The notes: generated by a model from the letters alone, not told the origin. DNA of 61,309 bases from Chthoniobacteraceae bacterium (GCA_040081625.1 JBEBGD010000023.1:1-61309), one strand, 5' to 3'; positions 32,377-43,913 are shown, numbered from the stretch's first letter. Numbers and translations: made by a program.

Positions 32377-33507
32377 ATGCCTACGCTCGCAACGATCGTC
32401 GATGGCCTGAAGCTCCCGAACCCATTCGTGATCGGCTCGGGGCCGCCGGGGACGAATCTCAACGTCATCGCGCGCGCGTTCAAGGAAGGCTGGGGCGCGG
32501 TGATCGCGAAGACGATCTCGCTCGATTCGTCGAAGGTCGTGAACGTCACGCCGCGCTACGCGAAACTCCACTCGACGGATCGCAGCGAGGTCATCGGCTG
32601 GGAAAACATCGAGCTCATCAGCGACCGGCGTTTCGAGATCTGGCTCGAAGAATTCAAGAAGTGCAAAGACCAGTTCCCCGACGGCGTGCTCATCGCGTCG
32701 GTCATGGAGGAGTATCGCAAGGACGCGTGGATCGAGATCATCGAGCGATGCCAGGACGCGGGCGTGGATGCGTTCGAGCTGAACTTCTCCTGCCCGCACG
32801 GACTGCCCGAGCGCAAGATGGGCGCGGCGATGGGCGAAGACCCCGCGATTCTCGACGAGGTCTGCGGTTGGGTGATGAGCGCGGCGAAGAAGCCGGTGTG
32901 GGCGAAGATGACGCCGAACGTGACGCACATCGAAGACCCGAGCCGCGCGGCTTTGCGCGCCGGCTGCCAGGGCGTGAGCGCGATCAATACGATCCGTAGC
33001 GTGATGGGCGTCGATCTCGAGACGCTACGCCCTGAGCCGACCGTCGAGGGTTACACGACGCCCGGCGGTTATTCCTCGAAGGCCGTGAAGCCGATCGCGC
33101 TGCGCATGGTGATGGAGATTGCGCAGCTCATCCGCCACGAATTTCCCGGTCGCACGCTATCCGCCATCGGTGGCGTCGAGACCGGCGGCGACGCGGCGCA
33201 GTTCATCCTGCTCGGCGGCGACACGGTGCAGGTCTGCACGGGGGTGATGAAATTCGGCTACGAGCACGTGAAGCCGATGTGCGAGGAGTTGCTCGCGTTC
33301 ATGGCAAAGCACAGCTTCGAGACGCTCGCCGACTTCAAAGGCAGGTCGCTCGACTACTTCACCACGCACGCCGATCTCGTGAAGCGCCAGGCCGCGCGCA
33401 AAGCTGCGCAGAAGGCCGCCGAGACCGCGAAGAAGATGGTCGCCGCGGATGGCGAGTGGAGCGGCGATGAATTCGTGAAGCAGAGCGACGCGCTCGCGCG
33501 CGGCTGA
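32377..33507 (+). CDS. preA: Dihydropyrimidine dehydrogenase FMN subunit (PreA family, plant PYD1-like)
   Basis: GSGPPG, NVTPRY, NIELIS, ELNFSCPHG, AKMTPN, AINT, VQVCTGVM. Confidence 0.88.
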   Translation: MPTLATIVDGLKLPNPFVIGSGPPGTNLNVIARAFKEGWGAVIAKTISLDSSKVVNVTPRYAKLHSTDRSEVIGWENIELISDRRFEIWLEEFKKCKDQFPDGVLIASVMEEYRKDAWIEIIERCQDAGVDAFELNFSCPHGLPERKMGAAMGEDPAILDEVCGWVMSAAKKPVWAKMTPNVTHIEDPSRAALRAGCQGVSAINTIRSVMGVDLETLRPEPTVEGYTTPGGYSSKAVKPIALRMVMEIAQLIRHEFPGRTLSAIGGVETGGDAAQFILLGGDTVQVCTGVMKFGYEHVKPMCEELLAFMAKHSFETLADFKGRSLDYFTTHADLVKRQAARKAAQKAAETAKKMVAADGEWSGDEFVKQSDALARG

Positions 33508-33513
33508 CGGGCG

Positions 33514-33948
33514 TTACTTCTCCCGCTTGTAAGTCACGAGCAGCCACGGCGAACCCTCCTTCGTCGCAAACTCCGTCGGTCGCCCGCTGCCATCGAGCGC
33601 GTAGCACACCCGCATCGTATCGCCCGCGACCTCATAGATCGCGCGGATCACCTTTCCCACGTCGAGCCCCTCGGTGTCCGTCGAGTCCATCGTCTTCGGC
33701 TTCTGCGTCTCATCGAGCGTGATCGTCCCCGCATCCATCCCGTCCCTGGTCGTCAGCTCGTAACGATCCCCCATGATCTTCACCACCACCGCACTCAGAT
33801 CGTCGGACCCGACTGGCTGCCCGCCCGCCTCCGCCGCCTCGATCCTCCACGTTCCCTCCATCGCCTTTAGATCATCTGCCCGCGCGGCTGGGGAGAAAGC
33901 GAGCATGCACAGCGCGAGGAGAGCGGCAGGGAGAAAGCAGCGATTCAT
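33514..33948 (-). CDS. TIGR03067 domain protein
   Basis: Signal peptide; DLKAMEGTW, PKTMD, AIYE..GDTMRVCY...RPTEF. Confidence 0.85.
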   Translation of the reverse strand: MNRCFLPAALLALCMLAFSPAARADDLKAMEGTWRIEAAEAGGQPVGSDDLSAVVVKIMGDRYELTTRDGMDAGTITLDETQKPKTMDSTDTEGLDVGKVIRAIYEVAGDTMRVCYALDGSGRPTEFATKEGSPWLLVTYKREK

Positions 33949-34240
33949 CCCGCGACGATTAACCGCGCCCTTCCCGGGTGTCGAGACGCGGTTGCGCGGC
34001 GGGAATGTGGCCCCCGCTGCTCCCTCAAGCCGACCCACGCGCAGGACGCGATCCACAGCTTCCTTTTGCCGGACGGCGGGTTCGACCGGATCGAGGCGGC
34101 GCTCACCGCCACCCGCACGACTGGACGCGTCGCCAAGCCCGAAGCATCGCCCGAAAACGGAGCGCAGCTCTGATGTCCGAATGCTCCCGCGGTTGGCCCG
34201 CTTGCCGGATGATTCGATTCCCGCTACGACTCGCGCCTCC

Positions 34241-34687
34241 ATGCTCAAGACTACTCTTCTCCATCCCGACATCCTGCGCATCGCGGCGCAGGCGGGGCAT
34301 CACTCGACGATCCTCATCGCGGATGGAAACTACCCCGCTTCAAACAAGCGCGGGCCGCGCGCGGAACTCGTGTCGCTGCAACTCACGCCCGGCGTGCCGA
34401 CGGTCGCGCAGGTGCTGCGGGCGGTGCTGAGCGCGGTGCCGGTGGATGCGATCAATACGATGGGCATCCCGCCGGATGATCCGTATGCGAAGTTCGGCGA
34501 GCCGCCGGTGTGGGCGGAGTTGCGCGCGATCGCGGCGGAGACGGGCACCACCGCGGAGGTCACGCCGATCTCGAAGTGGGATTTTTACAAGGCGGTCGAT
34601 TCGCCCGATCATGTGCTCACGATCCAGACGGCGGACCCGGCGCCTTGGTCGAATGTGCTGCTAACCGTCGGCTGCCGCACCGCATGA
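34241..34687 (+). CDS. RbsD/FucU family sugar mutarotase
   Basis: LLHPDIL...[14 protein letters not shown]...FY...IQTAD. Confidence 0.88.
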   Translation: MLKTTLLHPDILRIAAQAGHHSTILIADGNYPASNKRGPRAELVSLQLTPGVPTVAQVLRAVLSAVPVDAINTMGIPPDDPYAKFGEPPVWAELRAIAAETGTTAEVTPISKWDFYKAVDSPDHVLTIQTADPAPWSNVLLTVGCRTA

Positions 34688-36021
34688 AGACGCTCGCTCT
34701 CCTTTTCGCCGCCGCGACGCTGCACGCGGCTGAGCTGCGGCTCGCGGTCTTCGACGTGGATGCGACGCCGCCGGTGGGTGCGATGATGGCTTATGATCCG
34801 GTGAAGGCGCAGGGCGAGCTCGGGCTGCGCGCGCGCGGCGTGGTGCTGCTCGGCGCGGGCGAGCCGATCGTGTTGTGCGCGGTGGATTGGATCGGGATCG
34901 GCAACGAGGGGAACGAGGTTTTCCGCAAGGTGCTCGCGGAAGCGGCGGGCACGACCGCGCAGCGCGTGGCGGTCCACACGCTCCACCAGCACGATGCGCC
35001 GGCGTGTGACTTCGCTACGGAGCGGTTGCTGCGCGAGGTCGGAGCGAAGCAGGGGCGCTACGATGGCGATTTCGCGCGCGAGGTGCTCGCGCGGCTGAAG
35101 GTCGCGGTGAGCAGCGCGCTCGCGGAGGCGAAGCCGGTGACGCACGTCGGGGTCGGGCAGGCGGAGGTGAAAGAGGTCGCGTCGAACCGCCGCATCCTCG
35201 GGCCAGATGGAAAGGTGCGCGTGACGCGTTACACCGCGACGAAGGACGCGGCGGTGCGCGCGGAGCCGGAGGGGACGATCGATCCGATGGTGTCGCTCGT
35301 GAGCTTTTGGAACGGCGACGCGCCGGTGGCGGTGCTGAGCTACTACGCGTGTCATCCGCAGAGCTACTACCGCATGGGCGTGGCGAATCCCGACTTCCCC
35401 GGCGTCGCGCGCTTTCTGCGGCAGCAGCAGGTGCCCGATGCGCTGCACGTTCACTTCACGGGCGCGGGCGGAAACATCGGCGCGGGAAAATACAACGATG
35501 GTGCGCACACGCAGCGCTGGGTGCTCGCGCAGCGGCTCGCCGCCGGGATGCAGCGCGCGTGGGAGACGACGGAGAAGTTTCCGATCACCGACAAGGACGT
35601 GGGTTGGAAGGTCGAGCCGGTCGCGCTTCCGCCGGCGCCGCACCTGAACGCGGCAGAACTCGAGGCGATGCTGCGCGCGCCAGACGCGCTGATGGTCGGC
35701 GGCGCGGCGTCGGATCTCGTGTGGCTGCGGCGCTGCAAGGCCGGGGACAAGATCGACCTCGCGTGCCTGCGGCTGGGCAAGGCGCGCGTGCTCCACATGC
35801 CGGGCGAGTTGTTCGTGGAGTATCAGCTCGCGGCGAAAACGATGAAGCCGGATCTGTTCGTGGCGATGGCGGCTTACGGCGACTACGGGCCGGGCTACAT
35901 CGGCACGGCGATCGGCTACACGCAGGGCGGCTACGAGACGAGTCCCGGCGCTTCCAATACTGCGCCCAGCGTCGAGGCGGTGCTGCTCGAAGGGATGCGC
36001 AAGCTCTTGCGCGACGAGTGA
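34684..36021 (+). CDS. Secreted hypothetical protein (neutral ceramidase-like fold, PVC type)
   Basis: [39 protein letters not shown]. Confidence 0.7.
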   Translation: MKTLALLFAAATLHAAELRLAVFDVDATPPVGAMMAYDPVKAQGELGLRARGVVLLGAGEPIVLCAVDWIGIGNEGNEVFRKVLAEAAGTTAQRVAVHTLHQHDAPACDFATERLLREVGAKQGRYDGDFAREVLARLKVAVSSALAEAKPVTHVGVGQAEVKEVASNRRILGPDGKVRVTRYTATKDAAVRAEPEGTIDPMVSLVSFWNGDAPVAVLSYYACHPQSYYRMGVANPDFPGVARFLRQQQVPDALHVHFTGAGGNIGAGKYNDGAHTQRWVLAQRLAAGMQRAWETTEKFPITDKDVGWKVEPVALPPAPHLNAAELEAMLRAPDALMVGGAASDLVWLRRCKAGDKIDLACLRLGKARVLHMPGELFVEYQLAAKTMKPDLFVAMAAYGDYGPGYIGTAIGYTQGGYETSPGASNTAPSVEAVLLEGMRKLLRDE

Positions 36022-36974
36022 GCGAAGTGTTGAACGGAACGGTGCAAACCCGCCGCCTTGGAAAGACCGATCTCCATCTCCCCGTCCTCAGTTTCGGCGC
36101 ATCGTCGCTCGGCGCGGAGTTTCGCAGCGTGAAGCTCGACGAGGCGCTCGCGTCGGTGCGCGTGGCGCTGGAGCTGGGGCTGAACTTCATCGACACGTCG
36201 CCTTTCTACGGTCGCGGCATGAGCGAGGTGCTGCTCGGCATCGCGCTCAAGGGCGTGCCGCGGGAGAGCTACACACTTTGCACAAAGCTCGGGCGCTACG
36301 ATCTCGAACACTTCGATTTTTCCGCGAAGCGGGTGCGTGAGAGCGTGGACGTGTCGCTACACCGGCTCGGGACGGATCACCTCGACATCGTGCTCTGCCA
36401 CGACATCGAGTTCGTGCCGATGCAGCAGATCGTGGATGAGACGATCCCTGCGATGCGCGAGGTGCAGCGCGCGGGGAAGGTGCGCTACATCGGGTTCAGC
36501 GGGTATCCGATGAAGGTGTTCCGCTTCGTGTGCGACCAGACCGACGTGGACTGCGTGCTCAGCTACAATCAATACACGCTGCAAAACACGCGCTTCGCCG
36601 ATGAGGCGGTGCCGTATCTCAAATCAAAAGGCGTGGGTGCGATGAACGCGGGGCCGTTCAGCGCGCGGCTGCTCACGAATGCGCCGCTGCCCGCCTGGCT
36701 GAAGGAACCCGAGGAGGTGAAGGCGGCGGCACGGCGCGCGGCGGAGCTTTGCGCGAGTCGCGGCGTGGACATCGCGAAAGTAGCGCTGCAGTTCAGCATC
36801 TCGAACGAGGACATCGCGACGACGGTCTCCGGCTCGGCGAATCCGGACAACATCCGCAAGTGGGTGCAGTGGGCGGGCGAGTCGGTCGATCGCGAGTTGC
36901 TCGCAGAGGTGCTGGAGATTTTCCGGCCGGTGAAAAACCGCGGGCATCGCGAAGGGCTGCAGGAGAACAACTGA
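36018..36974 (+). CDS. Aldo/keto reductase (L-fucose/L-galactose dehydrogenase-like)
   Basis: [27 protein letters not shown]; start 36018 or 36042. Confidence 0.88.
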   Translation: MSEVLNGTVQTRRLGKTDLHLPVLSFGASSLGAEFRSVKLDEALASVRVALELGLNFIDTSPFYGRGMSEVLLGIALKGVPRESYTLCTKLGRYDLEHFDFSAKRVRESVDVSLHRLGTDHLDIVLCHDIEFVPMQQIVDETIPAMREVQRAGKVRYIGFSGYPMKVFRFVCDQTDVDCVLSYNQYTLQNTRFADEAVPYLKSKGVGAMNAGPFSARLLTNAPLPAWLKEPEEVKAAARRAAELCASRGVDIAKVALQFSISNEDIATTVSGSANPDNIRKWVQWAGESVDRELLAEVLEIFRPVKNRGHREGLQENN

Positions 36975-37040
36975 GCGCGGCGAAGCCGGTAGATTGGACT
37001 TTCGCCACGGTCCCACCTACGCTGCGCGTTCCTTCGCCGT

Positions 37041-37820
37041 ATGTTATCGACTCTCGGCCGCTCAGCGTTCGCATTCCTCAGCTACCTCGGCGAGGTCGCG
37101 CTGCTGGTGCGCGACACGGTGCTGTTGCTGCCGCATGCACGCAAGCGCTGGAGATTGGTGCTCGGGCATATCGCGGAGATGGGCTTCCGCTCGCAGCTCG
37201 TGGTGACGGTGACGGGCGCGTTCACGGGCGCGGTGTTTTCGGCGCAGACTTACTTTCAATTCCACCGGATCGGGATGGAGTCGGCCGTGGGGCCGGTGGT
37301 GTCGCTGTCGATGTTCCGGGAACTCGGGCCGGTGCTCGCGGGGCTGATGGTGGCGGGGCGCGTGGGTGCGGCGATCGCGGCGGAGATCGGCACGATGAAG
37401 GTGACCGAGCAGATCGATGCGTTGCGCGCGCTCGGCGTGCAGCCGGTCGAGTATCTGGTGGTGCCGCGCGCGGTGGCGCTGGTGATTTCGATGCCGCTGC
37501 TGGTCGCGGAGTGCGTGGGCTTCGCGCTGATCGCGGGCTGGATGGTCGGCACGCGTGTGCTCGGGATCGATGAGGCGTTTTTTCTCGAGAACATGCGCCG
37601 CTATACGCACGGCAATGACATCGCGTGGGCGCTGTCGAAGGGATTTGTGTTCGGCATCATCATCGTCTTTCTGAGCTGCTACGAAGGGCTCAACGCTCGC
37701 GAGGGCGCGGTGGGTGTGGGACGCGCGCCGACCGAGGCTGTCGTGCGGGCTTCGCTGGCGATCCTGATCTCGAATTTCTTCCTCTCCTTCGGCCTGAACA
37801 TCATCTTCCCGACCATCTAG
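37041..37820 (+). CDS. mlaE: MlaE family ABC permease
   Basis: RELGPVLAGLMVAGRVGAAIAAEIGTMKVTEQIDAL. Confidence 0.93.
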   Translation: MLSTLGRSAFAFLSYLGEVALLVRDTVLLLPHARKRWRLVLGHIAEMGFRSQLVVTVTGAFTGAVFSAQTYFQFHRIGMESAVGPVVSLSMFRELGPVLAGLMVAGRVGAAIAAEIGTMKVTEQIDALRALGVQPVEYLVVPRAVALVISMPLLVAECVGFALIAGWMVGTRVLGIDEAFFLENMRRYTHGNDIAWALSKGFVFGIIIVFLSCYEGLNAREGAVGVGRAPTEAVVRASLAILISNFFLSFGLNIIFPTI

Positions 37821-38581
37821 TGAGCGAACCCACGGCTCAGCCCAAGATCGAAGTGAGCGACCTGCGCAAGCGGCTCGGCACGCAGGAGGTTTTGCGCGGC
37901 GTGGATATGAAGATCCGCGCGGGCGAGACCTGCGTGGTGCTTGGGCGATCCGGGTGCGGCAAGAGCGTGCTGCTCAAACACTTGATCGGGCTTTTTCGGC
38001 CGACGAGTGGGCAGGTTTTGCTCGATGGACTGGACATTTCCGAGCTGCCCGAGAGCGAGTTGCTCCATGTGCGGCGCAAGATCGGGATGCTGTTTCAAAG
38101 CGCGGCGCTTTTCGACTCGATGACCGTCGAGCAGAACCTCGCATTTCCGCTCAGGGAGCAAGGGATCGAGGATGAGAAGGAGATCGACGAACGCGTGCAC
38201 GAGGCGCTCGACATGGTCGAGTTGCTCGGTGCCGAGGAGAAGATGCCGGAGAAGCTTTCCGGCGGAATGCGCAAGCGCGTGGGCCTCGCGCGAACGATCG
38301 TCGGCCGGCCGGAGTGCATCCTCTACGACGAACCGACGACCGGGCTCGACCCGATCACGGCCGACTCGATCAATCATCTGATCCGCCGTCTGCAAAAGCG
38401 GCTGCGTGTCACGTCGGTCGTGGTGACCCACGATATGAAGACGGCCTTTCATTGCGGGGACTCGGTGGCATTTATGCACGAGGGTGGGATCTATTTTCAC
38501 GGCAGCGTGAACGAAATTCGTTCATCGACCGATCCGATTATCACTGACTTTATCGAAGGTCGCTCCGGCGACACCGACTGA
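37820..38581 (+). CDS. mlaF: MlaF family ABC ATPase
   Basis: GRSGCGKS, FQSAALFDS, LSGGMRKRVGLAR, YDEPTTGLDP. Confidence 0.92.
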   Translation: MSEPTAQPKIEVSDLRKRLGTQEVLRGVDMKIRAGETCVVLGRSGCGKSVLLKHLIGLFRPTSGQVLLDGLDISELPESELLHVRRKIGMLFQSAALFDSMTVEQNLAFPLREQGIEDEKEIDERVHEALDMVELLGAEEKMPEKLSGGMRKRVGLARTIVGRPECILYDEPTTGLDPITADSINHLIRRLQKRLRVTSVVVTHDMKTAFHCGDSVAFMHEGGIYFHGSVNEIRSSTDPIITDFIEGRSGDTD

Positions 38582-38590
38582 CCCACAACT

Positions 38591-39547
38591 ATGAGCACTC
38601 AGCGCAAAGGAGTAGAAATTTACGTCGGGCTGTTCCTCTCGATCGGCCTCGCATTCATCGCGGCGATGGTGATGCGATTCGGTGGTCTCGGCGACGGGCT
38701 CACGAAATTCTACAATATCACCGTCGAGTTCCCGAACGCGAGCGGCCTGGTCAAGGGCGGCCCGGTGCTGCTCGCCGGGGCGCGCGTCGGGCGGGTGGCG
38801 GACTCGCCGCAGTTGCTCGCGCGCGAGGGGGGATACGGCGTCGCCGTCAGGCTCGACATCCGTGGCGACGTGCGATTGCCGCGCGACGTAACCATCGTGG
38901 TGGATCAAGCCGGGTTGCTCGGCGACGTGTATGTCGATATTCTGCCGCCGCTCAAGTTCGACCCCGCGAACGTCATCGAGCCAGGCACGACGGTGATCGG
39001 CTCGACCAAGCCGGGGCTCGGTGCCTTGCAGCAGCAAGGCACCATCGTGCTCGCCAAACTCGCGGACGAGATCGACGAATTCAAAAAACTGACGGTCAGG
39101 ATGAATGAGAAGCTGCTGAACGAGCAGAACGTCGAGAACCTGAGCCGGACGTTCGAGAACCTGCGGTCGTCGAGCGAGAATTTCAGCACCTCGACCAGAA
39201 AGCTCGATGCCATTCTCGACAAAGGCGACACCGCCGTGGACTCAGCGATGAAAACCTTTGAGAGTGCGGACAAGGCTGCGGCCGACTTGCGGTCAGCGAT
39301 GGCCGACATCAAGAAACTCTCCGAATCGACCAACAAGACGCTCGATTCCGCCAAGAGCCTGGTGGACACGGGGAATCGCGTTTTGAAGAAGGCCGAACAA
39401 GGCGATGGCGCGCTCGGGGTGTTGCTCACGGATCGTGAGACGGCGGCGAATCTCAAGGCGTTCGTCGCGAACCTGAAACGGTCCGGGCCGGTGTTTTACA
39501 AGGACCGCCCAGCTCCGCAGCCGACTCCCACGCCAAGGCGCCGCTAA
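38591..39547 (+). CDS. mlaD: MlaD/MCE family substrate-binding protein
   Basis: N-terminal TM, FPNASGL..G.PV..AG..VGRV, GLLGDVYVDI, helical C-terminus. Confidence 0.88.
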   Translation: MSTQRKGVEIYVGLFLSIGLAFIAAMVMRFGGLGDGLTKFYNITVEFPNASGLVKGGPVLLAGARVGRVADSPQLLAREGGYGVAVRLDIRGDVRLPRDVTIVVDQAGLLGDVYVDILPPLKFDPANVIEPGTTVIGSTKPGLGALQQQGTIVLAKLADEIDEFKKLTVRMNEKLLNEQNVENLSRTFENLRSSSENFSTSTRKLDAILDKGDTAVDSAMKTFESADKAAADLRSAMADIKKLSESTNKTLDSAKSLVDTGNRVLKKAEQGDGALGVLLTDRETAANLKAFVANLKRSGPVFYKDRPAPQPTPTPRRR

Positions 39548-39584
39548 AAAAGCTGAAGGGGCGTGCCCTTTCGGACACGCCCCT
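39546..39584 (-). terminator. Rho-independent terminator between convergent genes
   Basis: AGGGGCGTG (39557-39565) / CACGCCCCT (39576-39584) stem; A run at 39546-39551 is a T tract on the minus strand. Confidence 0.7.
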
Positions 39585-39616
39585 CCACTCGGGGAGATCG
39601 ATTGCTTCGCCGACGA

Positions 39617-40498
39617 TTAATCGTCGAAATGAAATGACGCGTTCGTAGGAATCAGATGCTCGATCGGCTTCTCCTTTTTCTGGAGCGCGCGACGCAGTTT
39701 CATGAGCGCGATGTTCTGAAGCTGGCGGATGCGTTCGCGTGTGACGCCGAACTTCTTTCCGACTTCCTCGAGCGTCTTGGCCTTGCCGCCATCGAGTCCG
39801 AAACGCGAGAAGATGATCTTCTTCTCGCGCTCGTCGAGGACGCCGAGCAGATCGCCGACTTCATCGTGCAGGTTCTTGTCGCGCAGGCGCTCGAACGGCG
39901 TGAGTGCCTCGGCGTCGCCGACGATCTCGCCGAACTCGGTCGTGTCATCGTCGCTGATCGGAGCATCCAAGGACGCAGGGCGGATCGCGACGGTCTTGAG
40001 CTGCGAAACTTTCGCCGCCGAGAGGCCGACTTCCTCGGCCAGTTCGTCGTCGGTGGGTTCGCGCCCGAGTTCCTCGCTCATCTGCATCGCCACGCGGCGC
40101 ATCTTCGAGATTTTGTCCACGAGGTGCACGGGCAGGCGGATCGTCTTCGACTGATTGGCGAGGGCGCGCTTGATCGACTGCTTGATCCACCACGCCGCGT
40201 AAGTCGAAAGCTTGCCGCCCTTGGCGGGGTCGAAGCGTTCCACGGCCTTCATCAGGCCGATATTTCCCTCGCTGATCAAGTCGAGCAGCGGAAGGCCTAG
40301 ATTCGCGTAATCGTGAGCGATCTTGACGACCAGCCGCAAGTTGGACCGGATCATCAGGGCGCGTGCTTCCTGGTCCCCGACTTTGATCTTCGCAGCCAGT
40401 TCGATCTCCTGTTCAGGTGTAAGTAGCGGAATCTGCCCGATTTCCCGCAGGTAGATTTTGATTCCCGAGTCAGAGTCTTCGCCGGAACGGTAGGTCAT
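39617..40498 (-). CDS. RpoD/SigA-family sigma-70 factor lacking region 1.1
   Basis: YLREIG..PLLT, NLRLVVKIA, EGNIGLMKAVERFD, YAAWWIKQSI, TRERIRQ. Confidence 0.93.
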   Translation of the reverse strand: MTYRSGEDSDSGIKIYLREIGQIPLLTPEQEIELAAKIKVGDQEARALMIRSNLRLVVKIAHDYANLGLPLLDLISEGNIGLMKAVERFDPAKGGKLSTYAAWWIKQSIKRALANQSKTIRLPVHLVDKISKMRRVAMQMSEELGREPTDDELAEEVGLSAAKVSQLKTVAIRPASLDAPISDDDTTEFGEIVGDAEALTPFERLRDKNLHDEVGDLLGVLDEREKKIIFSRFGLDGGKAKTLEEVGKKFGVTRERIRQLQNIALMKLRRALQKKEKPIEHLIPTNASFHFDD

Positions 40499-40947
40499 TG
40501 ATTTGTGTCTCCAGATGGTCCGACCTTGGCGGTCGGTGTTCTTTGTTGTGTTGTGTTGAAAGTTTTGAGTCTGCGGTAACGATTGGCTGCCGAGGCTGGC
40601 CTGCTTGTCATTGTAATGACAATGACATAACCGACGGCAACCTAAAGAAAGTTATTATCGAGCGCGGTGTATCATTTATGAAACTCGCCTGACGATTAAG
40701 CTGATTAAACAACTACCCGTTCAGACAGTCTATCTTTTTATCCGTTCAATTCCCGCGAGCGAACGCCTTATCGGCGTGCCCTTTTCGGAAGGCGCAGGGC
40801 CACCATGACCGGGCCAGAGCCGGTTTATTAGAACGCTTTTTTTGAAGCTCTGCCCGATGGGCACGTTGAACGACATCAGCGCGCAGGCTACCGAAAGTAA
40901 TCTTCGGACTTCAAGACTAAGTTATTTCCCGCCACACTTCGGCATTC

Positions 40948-42486
40948 ATGTTGGCCAAAGTCTTCTCCGCAGCCGTATTCGGCGTCGATGCCTTCGAGGT
41001 GGAAATCGAAGTCAACGGCGGTCGCGGCGACCCGTTGATCGTGATCGTTGGGCTTCCGGACACGGCTGTCAAAGAGAGCAAGGATCGCGTCACGACGGCG
41101 ATCGACAACAGCGGCTACCGCTGGGCGCGCGGGCGGATGACGATCAACCTTGCGCCGGCCAATGTTAAAAAAGAAGGCCCCAGCTTCGATTTGCCGATCG
41201 CACTCGGCCTCGTCGCGGTCTCGCAGGATGTCGAACTTTCCCATTGCGCGGACTTTTGTTTCGTCGGCGAACTGGCGCTCACCGGCGCAGTGCGACCAGT
41301 CGCGGGAGTCTTGCCGATCGCACTTGAGGCGCGCCGCCAGGGGCGCCGCAAGATCGTCGTTCCGGAGGCCAACGCGCGTGAAGCCGCGATGGTGGAGGGG
41401 ATCGAAGTGTATGGAGTCCGAAATTTGCGGGAGGCATTCGAGTTTCTGACCGGTGAGCGCGATCTCGCTCCGCTGCGCGAGGATCTCGGCCGATTTTTCG
41501 CCGAGCACCAGACCTACGACGTCGATTTTGCCGATGTCCGCGGACACGAGGCAGCAAAGCGCGCCATCGAGATCGCGGTCGCCGGCAACCACAACCTGCT
41601 CATGATCGGTCCGCCGGGTTCCGGCAAGTCGATGCTCGCGAAGCGCATTGCGACGGTCATTCCGCCGATGTCGCTCGAAGAGGCGATTGAGACGACGAAG
41701 ATCCACAGCATCTGCGGGCTCCTGCTCGATCCCGCGAACTCCTTCGTCGCGTCGCGCCCCTTTCGCTCCCCTCACCACACCATCTCCGATGCTGGATTGC
41801 TCGGCGGTGGCACCAATCCGACGCCGGGCGAGGTCAGCATCGCCCACAATGGCGTGCTCTTTCTCGACGAACTACCCGAGTTCAAGCGCTCGACACTCGA
41901 AGTGCTCCGGCAGCCGCTCGAAGATTCACGGGTAACGATTTCGCGCGCAGCCGGCTCGATGACGTTTCCCGCTCAGTTCATGTTCATCGCCGCGATGAAT
42001 CCCTGCCCGTGCGGTTACTTCGGCGATCCGAAACGCGAGTGCCGTTGCTCGCCGCGGCAGGTCGAGCAATACCGCAACCGCATCTCCGGCCCGCTGCTCG
42101 ATCGCATCGATATCCACATCGAAGTGCCAGTCGTCGAGTTCCGGCAACTCGCCAGCCGCGAGCCCGGCGAGTCATCCGCTGCGTTGCGTGAGCGCGTCAT
42201 CGCAGCGCAGGCCGTGCAACGCGAGCGTTTCGAGGCAAGCAGCCGCGTCCGCAACAATGCGCGCATGACGCCGAAACAGCAGAAGACATTCTGCGAACTC
42301 GGCGCGGACGCGGAAGGTCTGCTGCAGATGGCGATGAGCGAATTGCACCTCAGCGCACGCGCCTACGATCGCATCCTCAAGGTCGCGCGCACCATCGCCG
42401 ACCTGGACGGCAGCGCGAGCATTCAGACTCATCACGTCGGCGAGGCTGTGCAATACCGGACCCTCGACCGCAATCTCTGGGCGTAG
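40948..42486 (+). CDS. comM: YifB/ComM Mg-chelatase-like AAA+ ATPase
   Basis: [55 protein letters not shown]. Confidence 0.93.
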   Translation: MLAKVFSAAVFGVDAFEVEIEVNGGRGDPLIVIVGLPDTAVKESKDRVTTAIDNSGYRWARGRMTINLAPANVKKEGPSFDLPIALGLVAVSQDVELSHCADFCFVGELALTGAVRPVAGVLPIALEARRQGRRKIVVPEANAREAAMVEGIEVYGVRNLREAFEFLTGERDLAPLREDLGRFFAEHQTYDVDFADVRGHEAAKRAIEIAVAGNHNLLMIGPPGSGKSMLAKRIATVIPPMSLEEAIETTKIHSICGLLLDPANSFVASRPFRSPHHTISDAGLLGGGTNPTPGEVSIAHNGVLFLDELPEFKRSTLEVLRQPLEDSRVTISRAAGSMTFPAQFMFIAAMNPCPCGYFGDPKRECRCSPRQVEQYRNRISGPLLDRIDIHIEVPVVEFRQLASREPGESSAALRERVIAAQAVQRERFEASSRVRNNARMTPKQQKTFCELGADAEGLLQMAMSELHLSARAYDRILKVARTIADLDGSASIQTHHVGEAVQYRTLDRNLWA

Positions 42487-42548
42487 CCGGTGTCAGTTTT
42501 GTCACTTGCCGAGCGGGCCGATGCGCCCCTTACTCGCGCCCGAAAAAT

Positions 42549-43517
42549 ATGATCGTCACCACCGCCGAACTTTATCGGGTCGCTTACGGGAAGTTCGCGA
42601 TCGGAGCCTACAACATAAACAACGCCGAACAGACCATGGGTCTCTTCCGGGGCTGCGTCGATTCACAGGCGCCTTTCATCATCCAGATTTCCAAGGGCGC
42701 CCGCAAATACACCGAGAAGCGAATGCTCGAGGCCATCATCCGCAGCGCGTCGGAAATTTTCCCCGATGCCATCTTCGCCGTCCACCTCGACCACGGCGAC
42801 GAGGAGACGTGCTACGACTGCATCGATTCCGGCTTCTACTCGTCGGTGATGATCGACGCCTCGCACGATCCTTTTGAAAAGAACATCGAGATCACCCGGC
42901 GCGTCTCCGATCGGGCCCATGCCAAAGGAATCTCCGTCGAAGCCGAACTCGGCATGCTCGGTGGAGTCGAGGAAGACATCGTCGTCGAGGAAGGCAACGA
43001 GTGCCTCACCAATCCCGACGAAGCCGTCGAATTCATCCAGAAGAGCGGCTGCGACGCGCTCGCCGCCGCCATCGGCACCAGCCACGGCGCCTACAAATTC
43101 AAAGGCGCGCAAGGCATCCACTTCGACGTGATCGAAAAAATTCGCGACAAGATCGCCGCCGCAGGGATGCCGCCCGTGCCGATCGTCATGCACGGCAGCA
43201 GCAGCGTGCCGAAGGAGGAAGTCGCCCGCATCAATGCTGCCGGGGGCACGCTCGACCCGAGCGCCTGCGGCGTGAACGAAAACGAATACCTGCCCGCCGC
43301 GCGACTCGGCGTCACCAAGGTCAACATCGACACCGACGGACGCCTCGTCTGGACGCGCGTGCATCGCGAATACTTCCGCGACAAGCCCGGCGACTTCGAC
43401 TTCCGCCCGCCCGGCAAGATCTTCCAGGACGAATACGCCAAGTTCATCGCCGGCCGAAACAAACTGCTCGGCAGCGCCGGCACACTCACCGAGATTCGCG
43501 CCGTCTTAAAGAAATAG
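42549..43517 (+). CDS. fba: Class II fructose-bisphosphate aldolase
   Basis: VHLDHG, SSVMIDAS, VEAELG, GTSHGAYK, MHGSS, KVNIDTD. Confidence 0.93.
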   Translation: MIVTTAELYRVAYGKFAIGAYNINNAEQTMGLFRGCVDSQAPFIIQISKGARKYTEKRMLEAIIRSASEIFPDAIFAVHLDHGDEETCYDCIDSGFYSSVMIDASHDPFEKNIEITRRVSDRAHAKGISVEAELGMLGGVEEDIVVEEGNECLTNPDEAVEFIQKSGCDALAAAIGTSHGAYKFKGAQGIHFDVIEKIRDKIAAAGMPPVPIVMHGSSSVPKEEVARINAAGGTLDPSACGVNENEYLPAARLGVTKVNIDTDGRLVWTRVHREYFRDKPGDFDFRPPGKIFQDEYAKFIAGRNKLLGSAGTLTEIRAVLKK

Positions 43518-43524
43518 CGTCACC

Positions 43525-43896
43525 ATGAAACCACTCCTCACACTCCTTCTCGCATTCACCTCAGTCGCCTTGGCCGCGCCGCAGCTCCCGGTCGATCAAG
43601 CCGCGAAGATCGCGACCGACTACCTCAAGGAAAACGATCGCTCCGGCACATGGATCACTTCGATCACCTTCGACGCGAAGGTCTGGTCGGTGAAGTGGAA
43701 CGCACCGGTCAATCTCAGCGACACAAAGCGCGAGACCGGCCTCGAGATCGCGATGGACGGCAGCATTGCCCGCTACACCGAGCAGGTCTCCAACGTGAAC
43801 GCCCCGGGCGTCGTCGGCGTCCCCGCCGATCGCGCCCGCCTGCAAAATCACCGCACGCGCGCAGACCGTCCGAGCATCCTCGGCATGAAACACTAA
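43525..43896 (+). CDS. Small secreted hypothetical protein
   Basis: Signal peptide; operon spacing between fba and ispE. Confidence 0.7.
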   Translation: MKPLLTLLLAFTSVALAAPQLPVDQAAKIATDYLKENDRSGTWITSITFDAKVWSVKWNAPVNLSDTKRETGLEIAMDGSIARYTEQVSNVNAPGVVGVPADRARLQNHRTRADRPSILGMKH

Positions 43897-43913
43897 GCGG
43901 CGCCGCAGGCGTC

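Noticed and set aside
33949..34240. Gene remnant in the spacer between TIGR03067 and RbsD/FucU
   Set aside because: One frame reads somewhat protein-like, but it has no convincing start and no recognisable motif.
40499..40947. Small RNA or riboswitch in the lower-GC spacer between the sigma factor and comM
   Set aside because: No recognisable family motif; divergent promoters explain the composition. An Rfam search would be needed.
40948..42486. comM interrupted by an integrative element
   Set aside because: The reading frame is intact and full length.
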